Of a stretch of DNA of 55,182 nt, positions 10,299-19,279 are shown in pieces. Position 1 is the stretch's first letter. Each line of letters opens with the position of its first letter. This DNA comes from Acutalibacteraceae bacterium. GTDB taxonomy: Bacteria > Bacillota > Clostridia > Oscillospirales > Acutalibacteraceae. A model generated the notes under the pieces. The model did no database searches and was not told the origin of the DNA. It saw only the letters and a list, made by a program, of their open reading frames with translations. The position numbers and the translations under genes are program-made. The stretch is from the NCBI GenBank assembly GCA_045649625.1, contig JAZRQG010000134.1, positions 1 to 55,182 of the forward strand, in the 5' to 3' direction.

Positions 10299-11342
10299 TT
10301 GGACAAACTTGCTTGCGAATCGCCGCAACTGGTTGTGGCGGGGCGTTTTCTCACGGGACAAGAAGAGGAACGGTGGCAGCGGAACCGGCGCGATCCGGTT
10401 CAAGCACTGTTGCGCGTGGTCTTGATCGTGTTGCTGGGCTTCTTTTCCATACAGGCGGCGGTTGCCTCCATCCAAAGCGATTGGCGGATCCCCTCGCTGG
10501 TGTTTCCGTTGATTGCAGGATGTTTATGGTTTTTGATCGCGCAGACGTTACGGGCTCGCCGCCGCAAACGGCAGGCCCTTGAAAATGCGTGGTTGGAGCG
10601 GTGGCAGGATCACCGCATGATCCGCGCGGGCTGCATGATCTCGTTGTACGGCGATCATGTGGCATACAGCACGATGCGTGGCAGCAGTATTTTACCGTAT
10701 ACCGAGGTTACGCACTGCCTGGAAAGTGTCGACGGTATTCTGCTCGGAAACGGTCACGTTACGGTTTGTTTTCGCAGTGCTGATATGACGGCGGCACAGC
10801 TTTTTGCCGTTCGTCGTTTTCTGCAAGAGCACATCAATCCGTCGGTCTGTTGCGTTAAACAACCGGCAATACCGCTGCTTACCGAGCCGTTACCGAATGT
10901 GCGCTTTGCCAATTTTGATACCGTCATTACTCGTGCGACGGTCCTTCCGCCGGAGAACACCCGAGGATTTTATGAATTGTTGAGGTTGGTCCTGCCGCAG
11001 ATGGTCATCTACGGATTGACTCCGGCACTGATGACGGCGCTGACACCGTGGCCGCTTCTCAATTGTTTGATTTTTTGTACGGTATTTGTGTTGGCGGGAG
11101 CGCTGTTGACACACCGGCTCGTGCGTTTAAAAAACAGCAAGCAGGAGACAGTACGGCTTGCCTTCACAAAAGAGGGCATTGCCAAGCAGCAAAACGGCGT
11201 GGTGTCTTTTGCCGTGCACGGCCGCTATCGCCTGCACACCAGCGAAGCCGGTGTGACGGTGCTGTATGCAAGCGGTGAGCGGTTGGATATTCCCTGGTCG
11301 TTGGTCGAGGATCCCGACGCGTTAAAGCGAGAGATAGCCTAA
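10299..11342 (+). CDS. Second membrane protein with the same duplicated [2-TM + YcxB-like] architecture
   Basis: 347 aa. The TTG start is 8 nt after AAGGAGG (10284-10290). It has two TM pairs, each followed by a soluble domain of about 80-90 aa. Its layout parallels the upstream gene. Confidence 0.55.
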   Translation: MDKLACESPQLVVAGRFLTGQEEERWQRNRRDPVQALLRVVLIVLLGFFSIQAAVASIQSDWRIPSLVFPLIAGCLWFLIAQTLRARRRKRQALENAWLERWQDHRMIRAGCMISLYGDHVAYSTMRGSSILPYTEVTHCLESVDGILLGNGHVTVCFRSADMTAAQLFAVRRFLQEHINPSVCCVKQPAIPLLTEPLPNVRFANFDTVITRATVLPPENTRGFYELLRLVLPQMVIYGLTPALMTALTPWPLLNCLIFCTVFVLAGALLTHRLVRLKNSKQETVRLAFTKEGIAKQQNGVVSFAVHGRYRLHTSEAGVTVLYASGERLDIPWSLVEDPDALKREIA

Positions 11343-11369
11343 TTTGGTTCTGATAAAGGAGACAAAATA

Positions 11370-13859
11370 ATGGATGAGCAAATGACGGTACAGAACAACA
11401 AGCTGATTAATGTCGATCTCGAAAAAGAAATGCGCAAGAGCTTCTTAGAGTATTCGATGTCGGTCATCGTGGCGCGCGCGTTGCCGGATGTGCGTGACGG
11501 GTTAAAGCCCGTGCATCGTCGCATTTTGTATACGATGCATGAGGATGGGTTTACCCCTGACAAAGCACACCGTAAATGTGCGACCACCGTCGGTGACGTG
11601 CTGGGTCATTACCATCCGCACGGTGACGCGTCCGTTTACGATGCATTAGTGCGTATGGCACAGGATTTTTCACTGCGGTATCCGCTCATTGACGGTCATG
11701 GAAACTTCGGTTCCACCGACGGTCACCCCGCTGCGGCCTATCGTTATACCGAGGCGCGCATGAGCAAGATGGCGCTCGATATGTTGGCGGACATCGAAAA
11801 AGAAACGGTAAACTTCGTGCCGAACTTTGACGATACCACCAAGGAGCCGGAGGTGTTGCCGTCGCGTTTCCCCAACCTGCTTGTGAACGGGTCGGTGGGT
11901 ATTGCGGTCGGTATGGCGACCAACATTCCGCCGCACAATCTGCGTGAGGTCGTGGACGGTATTTGCCTGCTTATCGACAACCCCGAAGCCGGTATGCCGG
12001 AGATCATGGATTGCATCAAGGGCCCCGATTTCCCCACCGGCGGTGTTATCATGGGCTATTCCGGTATCCGTGCCGCCTACGCGACGGGTCGCGGCCGTAT
12101 CATCGTGCGCGCCAAGACCGAGATTGAGGAGCACAACGATCGGTTCCGCATCATCGTGTCCGAGATCCCGTACCAGGTAAACAAATTAAATCTTGTCAAA
12201 TCTATCATTGAATTGGCGGATGAGAAACGCATTGAGGGTATTCGCGATGTCGTTGACCATTCCAGCCGTGAGGGAATGCGTATTGTTATTGATCTGAAAA
12301 AGGATGCCAATCCGCAGGTCGTGCTCAATCAGTTGTTTGCGTACACGCAGATGCAGGTCACCTTTGGTGCGATCATGCTCTCACTCGTAAACGGTGTACC
12401 GCGTATCCTCACACTCAAGGAGATGCTCGAGGAATATATCAAGTTCCAGTGCGAGGTCATTACTCGTCGCACCGCCTTTGATCTGCGCAAGGCGAAAGAG
12501 CGTGAGCATATTGTGGAAGCGCTCAAGGTGGCGGTGGATTTTATTGACGAGGTCATTGCGATCATTCGCGGGTCTTTGGACACCGCGGACGCCAAGCAAA
12601 AACTCATGGAACGCTTTGGCTTTGACGATATTCAGGCGGAAGCCATCGTGCAGATGCGCTTGCGTCAGTTGTCGGGATTGGAGCGCCAGAAGATTGAGGA
12701 CGAGCTTGCCGCACTGCGCCAGAAGATCGCTGAGTTACAGAGCGTTCTTGAGGATGAGATGAAGGTGAAAGCCATCGTCAAGGACGAATGTCTCAAACTG
12801 CGTGACAAGTATGGTGACGACCGCCGCACCGAGATATCGATGGTTTCCGGTGAGGTGGATATTGAGGACCTCATTCCGGTGGAGGAATGTGTGCTCACCA
12901 TGTCTCAGCGCGGCTACATTAAGCGTCAGCCGGTGGATGTATACAAGGCACAGCGCCGCGGCGGTCGTGGCATCAAGGGTATGACTACCCGCGAGGAGGA
13001 TGTCACCGAAACGATGTTCTTGTGTTCCAGCCACGATATCGTGATGTTCTTTACCTCGGCAGGTCGTGTTTATCGCCTGAAATGTTACGAGGTGCCGGAA
13101 GGCAGCCGCACTTCGAAGGGCATGAATATTATCAATCTATTGCCGCTGACCGGTGACGAAAAGGTCACTGCGATGATCCGTGTCACGGAATTTGAAGACG
13201 ATAAGTATCTGTGTATGGTTACGCGTCGCGGTGTTATCAAACGTACCCGTCTTAACGCCTACAGCAATGCTCGCAAGAGCGGCCTCATTGCGGTGGACCT
13301 TGACGAGGGTGACGAGCTCGCGTGGGTGCACGTCACCGACGGTTATCAAAAACTGCTCGTCGGTACGCGCAAGGGTATGGCGATCTGCTTTGATGAAAAC
13401 GATGCCCGCGTGGTGGGGCGTACCGCTCGCGGCGTGAAAGCGATCACGCTCGGTGAGAACGACGAGGTTGTCGGCATGGCGATCCGTGACGATAACAATT
13501 TGTTGCTCACCGTCACCGAAACCGGTTACGGTCGACTCAGTGAATTCTCCGATTACCGCGTGCAATCCCGTGGCGGTAAAGGTCTTACTAATTATCATAC
13601 CGAGGAATACGGCGATGTTGCCGCGATCCGTATGGTAAATGTGGGTGACGATATTATCCTCATTTCGTCCGGCGGTATCATCATCCGCTTGGCGGCAGAG
13701 GAGATCCGTCAGTGTCGCCGTCCGTCTAAGGGCGTGCGCGTCATGCGTGTGGAAGAAGGCACGCGGATTGTATCACTGGCGAATGTCCCGCATGAGGATG
13801 AGCCGGAAGCGGAGGAAGGCGAAACGACCGCTGCGGCAGAGGAAGCGCCTGCCGAGTAA
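11370..13859 (+). CDS. gyrA: DNA gyrase subunit A
   Basis: 829 aa with the active-site region AAAYRYTEARM, a QRDR-like HPHGDASVYDALVRMAQ, C-terminal beta-pinwheel repeats and an acidic tail. Confidence 0.95.
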   Translation: MDEQMTVQNNKLINVDLEKEMRKSFLEYSMSVIVARALPDVRDGLKPVHRRILYTMHEDGFTPDKAHRKCATTVGDVLGHYHPHGDASVYDALVRMAQDFSLRYPLIDGHGNFGSTDGHPAAAYRYTEARMSKMALDMLADIEKETVNFVPNFDDTTKEPEVLPSRFPNLLVNGSVGIAVGMATNIPPHNLREVVDGICLLIDNPEAGMPEIMDCIKGPDFPTGGVIMGYSGIRAAYATGRGRIIVRAKTEIEEHNDRFRIIVSEIPYQVNKLNLVKSIIELADEKRIEGIRDVVDHSSREGMRIVIDLKKDANPQVVLNQLFAYTQMQVTFGAIMLSLVNGVPRILTLKEMLEEYIKFQCEVITRRTAFDLRKAKEREHIVEALKVAVDFIDEVIAIIRGSLDTADAKQKLMERFGFDDIQAEAIVQMRLRQLSGLERQKIEDELAALRQKIAELQSVLEDEMKVKAIVKDECLKLRDKYGDDRRTEISMVSGEVDIEDLIPVEECVLTMSQRGYIKRQPVDVYKAQRRGGRGIKGMTTREEDVTETMFLCSSHDIVMFFTSAGRVYRLKCYEVPEGSRTSKGMNIINLLPLTGDEKVTAMIRVTEFEDDKYLCMVTRRGVIKRTRLNAYSNARKSGLIAVDLDEGDELAWVHVTDGYQKLLVGTRKGMAICFDENDARVVGRTARGVKAITLGENDEVVGMAIRDDNNLLLTVTETGYGRLSEFSDYRVQSRGGKGLTNYHTEEYGDVAAIRMVNVGDDIILISSGGIIIRLAAEEIRQCRRPSKGVRVMRVEEGTRIVSLANVPHEDEPEAEEGETTAAAEEAPAE

Positions 13860-15226
13860 TGAGTACCGTAATCGCGGCGATCTCCACACCGATGGCACCC
13901 GCCGGTCTGGGGGTGATTCGCCTTTCCGGTACGGGTGCGATTGAGATTGCGTCGTCGGTGTTTAAACCGCTTGATGAAACGCGGCAATTAACGTCGCTTT
14001 CGGGGTATCGTGCCGCCTACGGGCATGTGGCAGACGCCGACGGCGATATCGATGAGTGTATTGCGACGGTTTTCCGTGCACCGCACAGCTACACCGGCGA
14101 AGACGTAGTGGAATTTTCCTGTCACGGTGGGTTGTATCTGTTACAACGTACCCTGCGGGCGCTGTTTGGTGCCGGTGCTAAGCCGGCACAGGCGGGAGAA
14201 TTTACCCGCCGCGCGTTTCTCAACGGCAAACTGGACCTCACCGGTGCCGAGTCGGTGATGACGCTGATTGAAGCAAACGGCAGACTTGCCGCCAAAACGG
14301 CTTTGACGGTGCGTGAAGGGGCATTGTATCGGCGGTTGACCGCGGTCAAGGAGTTGCTGATTGCCTTGCAGGCGCAGTTTTCTGCGTTTGTGGATTATCC
14401 GGACGACGATATTCCGGAACTTAGGGCTGAAGCACTGGAAACCGAGCTGAAGAACGCAAAGGAGCAGTTGCAAAGCCTACTTTCCACCTACGATGCCGGC
14501 CGCGTACTGCGCGAGGGCATCGATACGGCGATCGTCGGCAGCCCAAACGTGGGAAAATCCACCGTGATGAACCTGCTCAGCGGCTGTGAACGCAGTATCG
14601 TTACCCCGATTGCCGGCACCACCCGCGACGTGGTGGAGGAGGTCGTGCGAGTTGGCGAAGTCTGCTTGCGGTTATCGGATACGGCGGGTATTCGCGAAAC
14701 CGACGATACAGTGGAAGCGCTCGGTGTTGAGCGCTCGCGGCGCCGTTTAGAATCCGCCGCGCTGATATTGGCGGTGTTCGATGCATCCCGCCCGTTGTCA
14801 AAGGATGATCTTTTGCTTATCGAGCAGTTGCCGGCACACGGTACGATCGCCTTACTGAACAAGCAGGATCTCGATAAGCAGATCGATGATAAAGCGATCA
14901 AAGAAAAGTTTGCGTATATCGTGGAACTGCAGGCGGTCAACGGAACGGGCCTTGAGGAACTCACCGCAGCCATTCACGCGGTAACCGGTATCGACCGTTT
15001 GAATGATGCCGAACCGGTGCTTGCCACCGAGCGCCAGTGGTACTGTGCGTGCCGCGCGGCGGACGGTGTGGAAGAAGCGCTGACGGCGTTGCAATGTGGC
15101 ATGACGCTGGATGCGGTATCGGTCAGTGTGGACGGCGCTATCGGTGCCGTGCTGGAATTGACGGGCGAGCGTGCTACCGAAGCGGTGGTGGACGGCATCT
15201 TTTCCCGCTTCTGCGTCGGAAAATAA
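13859..15226 (+). CDS. mnmE: tRNA modification GTPase MnmE (TrmE)
   Basis: 455 aa with G1 GSPNVGKS, G3 DTAGIR, G4 NKQD and a C-terminal FCVGK motif. The start codon overlaps the gyrA TAA (TAATG). Confidence 0.93.
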   Translation: MSTVIAAISTPMAPAGLGVIRLSGTGAIEIASSVFKPLDETRQLTSLSGYRAAYGHVADADGDIDECIATVFRAPHSYTGEDVVEFSCHGGLYLLQRTLRALFGAGAKPAQAGEFTRRAFLNGKLDLTGAESVMTLIEANGRLAAKTALTVREGALYRRLTAVKELLIALQAQFSAFVDYPDDDIPELRAEALETELKNAKEQLQSLLSTYDAGRVLREGIDTAIVGSPNVGKSTVMNLLSGCERSIVTPIAGTTRDVVEEVVRVGEVCLRLSDTAGIRETDDTVEALGVERSRRRLESAALILAVFDASRPLSKDDLLLIEQLPAHGTIALLNKQDLDKQIDDKAIKEKFAYIVELQAVNGTGLEELTAAIHAVTGIDRLNDAEPVLATERQWYCACRAADGVEEALTALQCGMTLDAVSVSVDGAIGAVLELTGERATEAVVDGIFSRFCVGK

Positions 15227-15233
15227 ACAAAAA

Positions 15234-15262
15234 AGCCCTGTCTTTCAAAAGACAGGGCTTTT
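15234..15262. terminator. Bidirectional intrinsic terminator between mnmE and pduL
   Basis: An 11-bp perfect stem, AGCCCTGTCTT (15234-15244) with AAGACAGGGCT (15249-15259), and a 4-nt loop. It is flanked by an A-run upstream and a T-run downstream. Confidence 0.75.
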
Positions 15263-15273
15263 CGGAAAACGAT

Positions 15274-15849
15274 TTATTTAATGAGTGTACCCATGGCGTT
15301 CATACCGGCAGCGGCGGCATTGGATTCGTCGGTGTCGATGTGCATTGCCAGCGCGAAGTTGTTATTCACGCGAACCACCACGTCACCAAAGACCAGCGAA
15401 CGGTCGGCGGATTCGATTTTCACCGACACGATGTCTTTGTCTTTGACGTCGAACTCGGCGGCATCTGCGGGGGTCATATGAATGTGGCGCTTGGCAACGA
15501 TCACGCCTTCGGCAATTTCAACTTCGCCGCAGGGACCAACCAGTTTGCAACCGCCCGAGCCCGCGGTGTCACCCGATTCGCGGATCGGTGCAACAACACC
15601 GATGGAACGCGCATCCGTCAAGGAGATCTCCACCTGCGTGGACGGACGAACAGGGCCTAAAATGCTGACGCCGGCAAGCGTCTTTTTGGGGCCGACAACG
15701 TCCACACGCTCGGCGCACGCATACTGACCGGGCTGAGAAAGATCTTTTTTCACCGTCAACTCGTAGCCCTTTCCGAACAGAATGTCCAGATGCTCGCGTG
15801 ATACGTGCAGATGACGAGCGGATGTTTCAACCAAAATTTGTTTTGCCAT
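15274..15849 (-). CDS. pduL: Phosphate propanoyl/acetyl-transferase PduL
   Basis: Shows the duplicated PduL pattern (SARHLHVSREHLDILFG ... AKRHIHMTPADAAEF). The ATG at 15849 (MAKQILVE) has a GGGGA RBS. The track start at 15906 is an upstream extension. Confidence 0.85.
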   Translation of the reverse strand: MAKQILVETSARHLHVSREHLDILFGKGYELTVKKDLSQPGQYACAERVDVVGPKKTLAGVSILGPVRPSTQVEISLTDARSIGVVAPIRESGDTAGSGGCKLVGPCGEVEIAEGVIVAKRHIHMTPADAAEFDVKDKDIVSVKIESADRSLVFGDVVVRVNNNFALAMHIDTDESNAAAAGMNAMGTLIK

Positions 15850-15924
15850 TTTTATATCCCCAATCCTTATAACTTCTGCATAAAACTGTATCATAAACCC
15901 CATCATTTGTCAAGGAAGGTCGTT

Positions 15925-16512
15925 ATGGAACAAAACTGGAGCGCGTTAAAAAGTCAATGCTTGGACTGCCGTGCGTGCGGCTTGTGCGAAACCCGTCACA
16001 ACATCGTGTTCGGGGTGGGCAATCCGCAGGCAGAGGTGTTGTTTATCGGTGAAGGACCCGGTGAAAACGAGGATCTGCAGGGCGAGCCGTTTGTGGGCAG
16101 AGCCGGCAAGCTGTTGGATGTGATGCTGGAGGCGGTGGGCTTGTCGCGTCGGCACAACATTTATATCGCCAATATGGTGAAATGCCGTCCGCCGCAAAAC
16201 CGCGATCCCCTGCCGGAAGAGCAAGAGGCGTGTGCGCATTGGCTTTCGGAGCAGATGCAGCTGATAAACCCCAAGATCGTGGTGTGTCTCGGTCGTATTG
16301 CGGCGTTTCATTTTATTTCGCCGGATTTTAAAGTGACGCGTCAACACGGCGAGTTTATTGAAAAAGACGGCGTGTTGTATATGGGGATGTTTCACCCGGC
16401 GGCCATTTTGCGCAACCCCAATCAAAAGCCGGTGGCCTTTGAAGATTTTGTGAAGCTGAGGGATAAGGTCTTGGAGATCTGCACCCGCACCACCCTCAAT
16501 TTTGATGACTGA
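15925..16512 (+). CDS. Uracil-DNA glycosylase, family 4 (Fe-S type)
   Basis: Contains [44 protein letters not shown] and HPAAILRN. The ATG at 15925 follows AAGGAAGG. The track start at 15805 overlaps pduL. Confidence 0.85.
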   Translation: MEQNWSALKSQCLDCRACGLCETRHNIVFGVGNPQAEVLFIGEGPGENEDLQGEPFVGRAGKLLDVMLEAVGLSRRHNIYIANMVKCRPPQNRDPLPEEQEACAHWLSEQMQLINPKIVVCLGRIAAFHFISPDFKVTRQHGEFIEKDGVLYMGMFHPAAILRNPNQKPVAFEDFVKLRDKVLEICTRTTLNFDD

Positions 16513-16526
16513 AAACGGAGCAAACG

Positions 16527-17879
16527 ATGAAACGATTGTTACGCCGCGCTTTCGCGGTACTGTTGGGAATAGGCTTGTTACTCGCGGCGTTTCCGGTCGC
16601 GGGCGCGGAACTGCGGTACGAGTACCCCGCTGACGAAGATCCGATCGAATCCCCCTCTGCGGTGATGCTGTATATGGGTGTCAAAGCGGAGCAGGACGTT
16701 TATCTGTATGAAAAAGATGCCGATACTCGCTATCAGCCTGGCGCGCTTATGCGTGTGGCAATGCTTGGCTATGCTATGCGCTTAATCGAAGAACAACAGC
16801 TCAATATGGATGCCGTGACCGGCACCTATACGTTGGAACTGTTTAACCACTATGTGGCGGGAACGGGACTGCACGTGGCGCTCATGAACTTTGGTGAAAC
16901 GTGGAAGCTTCGGGATCTGCTCACGCTTTGTGCCATCCAGACTGCCGCTGACTGTGCGGTAACGCTTGCCACGACGCTTAGCGGGTCTCCGGAGGCGTTT
17001 GTAGAGGGGCTTAACCTCTATGCACAAGAGCTTGGCTGCACCAATTCTCATTTTACCAACGTAGTCGGCCTTAACGAGGACGGGCAATATATGTCGGCAA
17101 AGGACGCGGCGATATTTTCCCGCGTGGCAATGCAGTATACGGAACTGCGCAACGCGTGGGAGCTCACACAGTATACCGTCACACCGGTGTCCGGTGGGAA
17201 GACCCGTAGCTGGCCGACCAGCTGTGATTTTATTCGCCAATCAACGGATGCGTTTTATACCTATGCACTCGGCGGCAAGACCGGCGGCACCTTAACCGAG
17301 ATGTCGCTGATGGCATTCGGTGGGAACAACGGCTATGAATATATGGCAATCGTGATGGGTGCACCCCGCAAGGACGAAAAAGACAGATTGACAAACATTG
17401 CGTATGCGGATGCACGTCGGCTGATCCGTTGGGGTTTGCTTGACTTCCGCTATGAAACCCTCGCGCGCAAGAACGAGCCGGTCGGCCGCATTCCTGTGCG
17501 CGACTGCGCCGAGCGGAGCAGTGTCAGTTTAGTACCGGTGAGAGATCTTGCCGCCGTGCTCGGCGAATCGGTCAAGAGCGAAGATATCACCCGTCGGGTG
17601 GTCACAACAGAAGAGGAATGTGTCGCCCCGATAGAGGCGGGACAGGTGCTGGGAACGCTCCAACTGTATCTCGGTGAAGAATTGGTTGGGTCGGTGCCGG
17701 TTGCGGCAGGAGAAACCGCCCCGCGTAATTCACTGTATGCTGCGTGGTGCAATGTCCGTAATTTTTTATTCTCGGGTTGGACGTTGGCGATCCTCATCAT
17801 CCTTGTTTTGGCGGTGGTGGGCTACGTGGTTCTCAACGTGCAATACAACAGAAAACGCAGGCGGAAATGGCGAAGATGA
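16527..17879 (+). CDS. Peptidase S11 (DacB/PBP5-like D-Ala-D-Ala carboxypeptidase) homolog, apparently catalytically inactive, with a C-terminal TM anchor
   Basis: Signal peptide, S11-like core, retained KTG (GGKTGGT), a PBP5 C-terminal-like domain, and a TM segment with a basic tail. ALMR stands where SxxK is expected, and TAAD where SGND is expected. Confidence 0.7.
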   Translation: MKRLLRRAFAVLLGIGLLLAAFPVAGAELRYEYPADEDPIESPSAVMLYMGVKAEQDVYLYEKDADTRYQPGALMRVAMLGYAMRLIEEQQLNMDAVTGTYTLELFNHYVAGTGLHVALMNFGETWKLRDLLTLCAIQTAADCAVTLATTLSGSPEAFVEGLNLYAQELGCTNSHFTNVVGLNEDGQYMSAKDAAIFSRVAMQYTELRNAWELTQYTVTPVSGGKTRSWPTSCDFIRQSTDAFYTYALGGKTGGTLTEMSLMAFGGNNGYEYMAIVMGAPRKDEKDRLTNIAYADARRLIRWGLLDFRYETLARKNEPVGRIPVRDCAERSSVSLVPVRDLAAVLGESVKSEDITRRVVTTEEECVAPIEAGQVLGTLQLYLGEELVGSVPVAAGETAPRNSLYAAWCNVRNFLFSGWTLAILIILVLAVVGYVVLNVQYNRKRRRKWRR

Positions 17880-17885
17880 CTATCC

Positions 17886-17916
17886 GAACCGCACGAATTT
17901 CGTGCGGTTCTTTTTG
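17886..17916 (+). terminator. Intrinsic terminator after the dacB-like gene
   Basis: GAACCGCACGA (17886-17896) pairs with TCGTGCGGTTC (17900-17910), followed by TTTTT. Confidence 0.75.
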
Positions 17917-17952
17917 ATTTTTGGGTTAATTCGTTAAATTTTCATCAAACCC

Positions 17953-17981
17953 TTGAAAAACCGTGAAAAAAAGGGTAAAAT
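17953..17981 (+). promoter_or_regulatory. Candidate promoter of pgk-tpiA-gpmI
   Basis: TTGAAA (17953-17958), a 17-nt spacer, then TAAAAT (17976-17981). Confidence 0.4.
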
Positions 17982-18042
17982 AACTCTGATATGGATCGTT
18001 TTACCAATCGAAAAACGGTACCGATAAGAAAGGGGAATCCTC

Positions 18043-19254
18043 ATGAATCTCTTGAACAAGAAAACCGTGGAAGATCTGCAGGTGAAGGGCAAGCGCGTTT
18101 TGGTGCGTTGCGACTTCAACGTGCCGCTGAAAAACGGCGTGATTACGGATGAAAACCGCATTGTGGCGGCTCTTCCCACGATCAAGTATCTGATGAATCA
18201 GGGCGCTAAGGTTATTTTGTGCTCCCACCTCGGCAAGCCGAAGGGCGAGCCGAAGCCGGAATATTCGCTGGCACCGGTTGCGGTGCGCCTCAGCGAGAAG
18301 CTCAACTGCAAGGTTGTGTTTGCGGCGGACGACGAGGTTGTCGGCGCGAATGCCCGTAAAGCCGTTGATGCGATGAAGGACGGCGAGATCGTTCTGTTGC
18401 AAAACACCCGCTATCGTGCAGAGGAGACCAAGAACGGCGAAGCGTTCTCCAAGGACCTCGCTTCCCTGTGCGACCTGTTTGTTAACGATGCCTTTGGTGC
18501 GGCGCACCGCGCTCACTGCTCCACCGTGGGTGTGGCATCCTACGTGGAGGAATCTGCGAACGGCTATTTGATGGCGAAAGAAATCGAATTCCTCGGCAAT
18601 GCTGTGGAAAACCCGGTTCGTCCGTTCGTTACCATTTTGGGCGGCGCGAAAGTGGCGGACAAGTTGAACGTTATTGAGAACCTGCTCAACAAGGCCGACA
18701 CCCTCATCATCGGTGGCGGTATGGCGTACACCTTCCTTGCTGCGAAGGGTTACTCGGTCGGTACCTCGCTGCTGGATACCGAGAAGATCGACTATTGCCG
18801 CGAAATGCTCGCGCGTGCGGAGCAGAAGGGCGTCAAGCTCTTGCTTCCGGTCGATTGCAAGATCGCTAAGTCCTTCCCCGATCCGATCGATGGCCCGATT
18901 GACGTGGAGGTGGTTGCAGCGGATGCGATCCCGGCTGACATGATGAGCTTGGATATCGGTCCGAAAACGGCTGAACTGTTTGCAAACGAAGTGAAATCCG
19001 CTAAGACGGTGGTGTGGAACGGTCCGATGGGCGTGTTTGAAAACCCGACTCTGGCGAAAGGCACGATTGCGGTTGCCGAAGCGCTTGCCGAAACGGATGC
19101 TACCACCATCATCGGCGGCGGTGACTCCGCGGCGGCTGTGAACACCTTGGGCTTTGGCGATAAGATGAGCCACATTTCCACCGGCGGCGGTGCTTCCCTG
19201 GAATTCTTAGAGGGTAAAGAGCTTCCCGGCATTGTGGCAATGAGTGATAAATAA
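18043..19254 (+). CDS. pgk: Phosphoglycerate kinase
   Basis: 403 aa with [12 protein letters not shown], the hinge and C-domain GGGDSAAAV, and [13 protein letters not shown]. Confidence 0.95.
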   Translation: MNLLNKKTVEDLQVKGKRVLVRCDFNVPLKNGVITDENRIVAALPTIKYLMNQGAKVILCSHLGKPKGEPKPEYSLAPVAVRLSEKLNCKVVFAADDEVVGANARKAVDAMKDGEIVLLQNTRYRAEETKNGEAFSKDLASLCDLFVNDAFGAAHRAHCSTVGVASYVEESANGYLMAKEIEFLGNAVENPVRPFVTILGGAKVADKLNVIENLLNKADTLIIGGGMAYTFLAAKGYSVGTSLLDTEKIDYCREMLARAEQKGVKLLLPVDCKIAKSFPDPIDGPIDVEVVAADAIPADMMSLDIGPKTAELFANEVKSAKTVVWNGPMGVFENPTLAKGTIAVAEALAETDATTIIGGGDSAAAVNTLGFGDKMSHISTGGGASLEFLEGKELPGIVAMSDK

Positions 19255-19279
19255 TCCGAGAAAGGATAGGAATAGTAGT

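Noticed and set aside
15805-15924. ORF-track N-terminal extensions, for example udg from 15805, pduL to 15906, yidC to 1871, znuC from 27101, tpiA from 19244, obg from 45485, rimI to 52639 and the DUF1624 gene to 42869.
   Set aside because: Each extension overlaps the neighbouring gene or lacks an RBS. An internal ATG/GTG/TTG with a proper Shine-Dalgarno coincides with the conserved N-terminus of the family.
18001-19173. A 390-aa ORF antisense to pgk. Similar antisense ORFs occur at 20108-21238 (gpmI), 49132-50457 (pckG), 36689-37609 (TGase gene) and 53915-54571 (GH13).
   Set aside because: The reasoning is the same: these are shadow ORFs opposite strongly supported genes, with an R/H/G-rich composition, no motifs and no translation signals.
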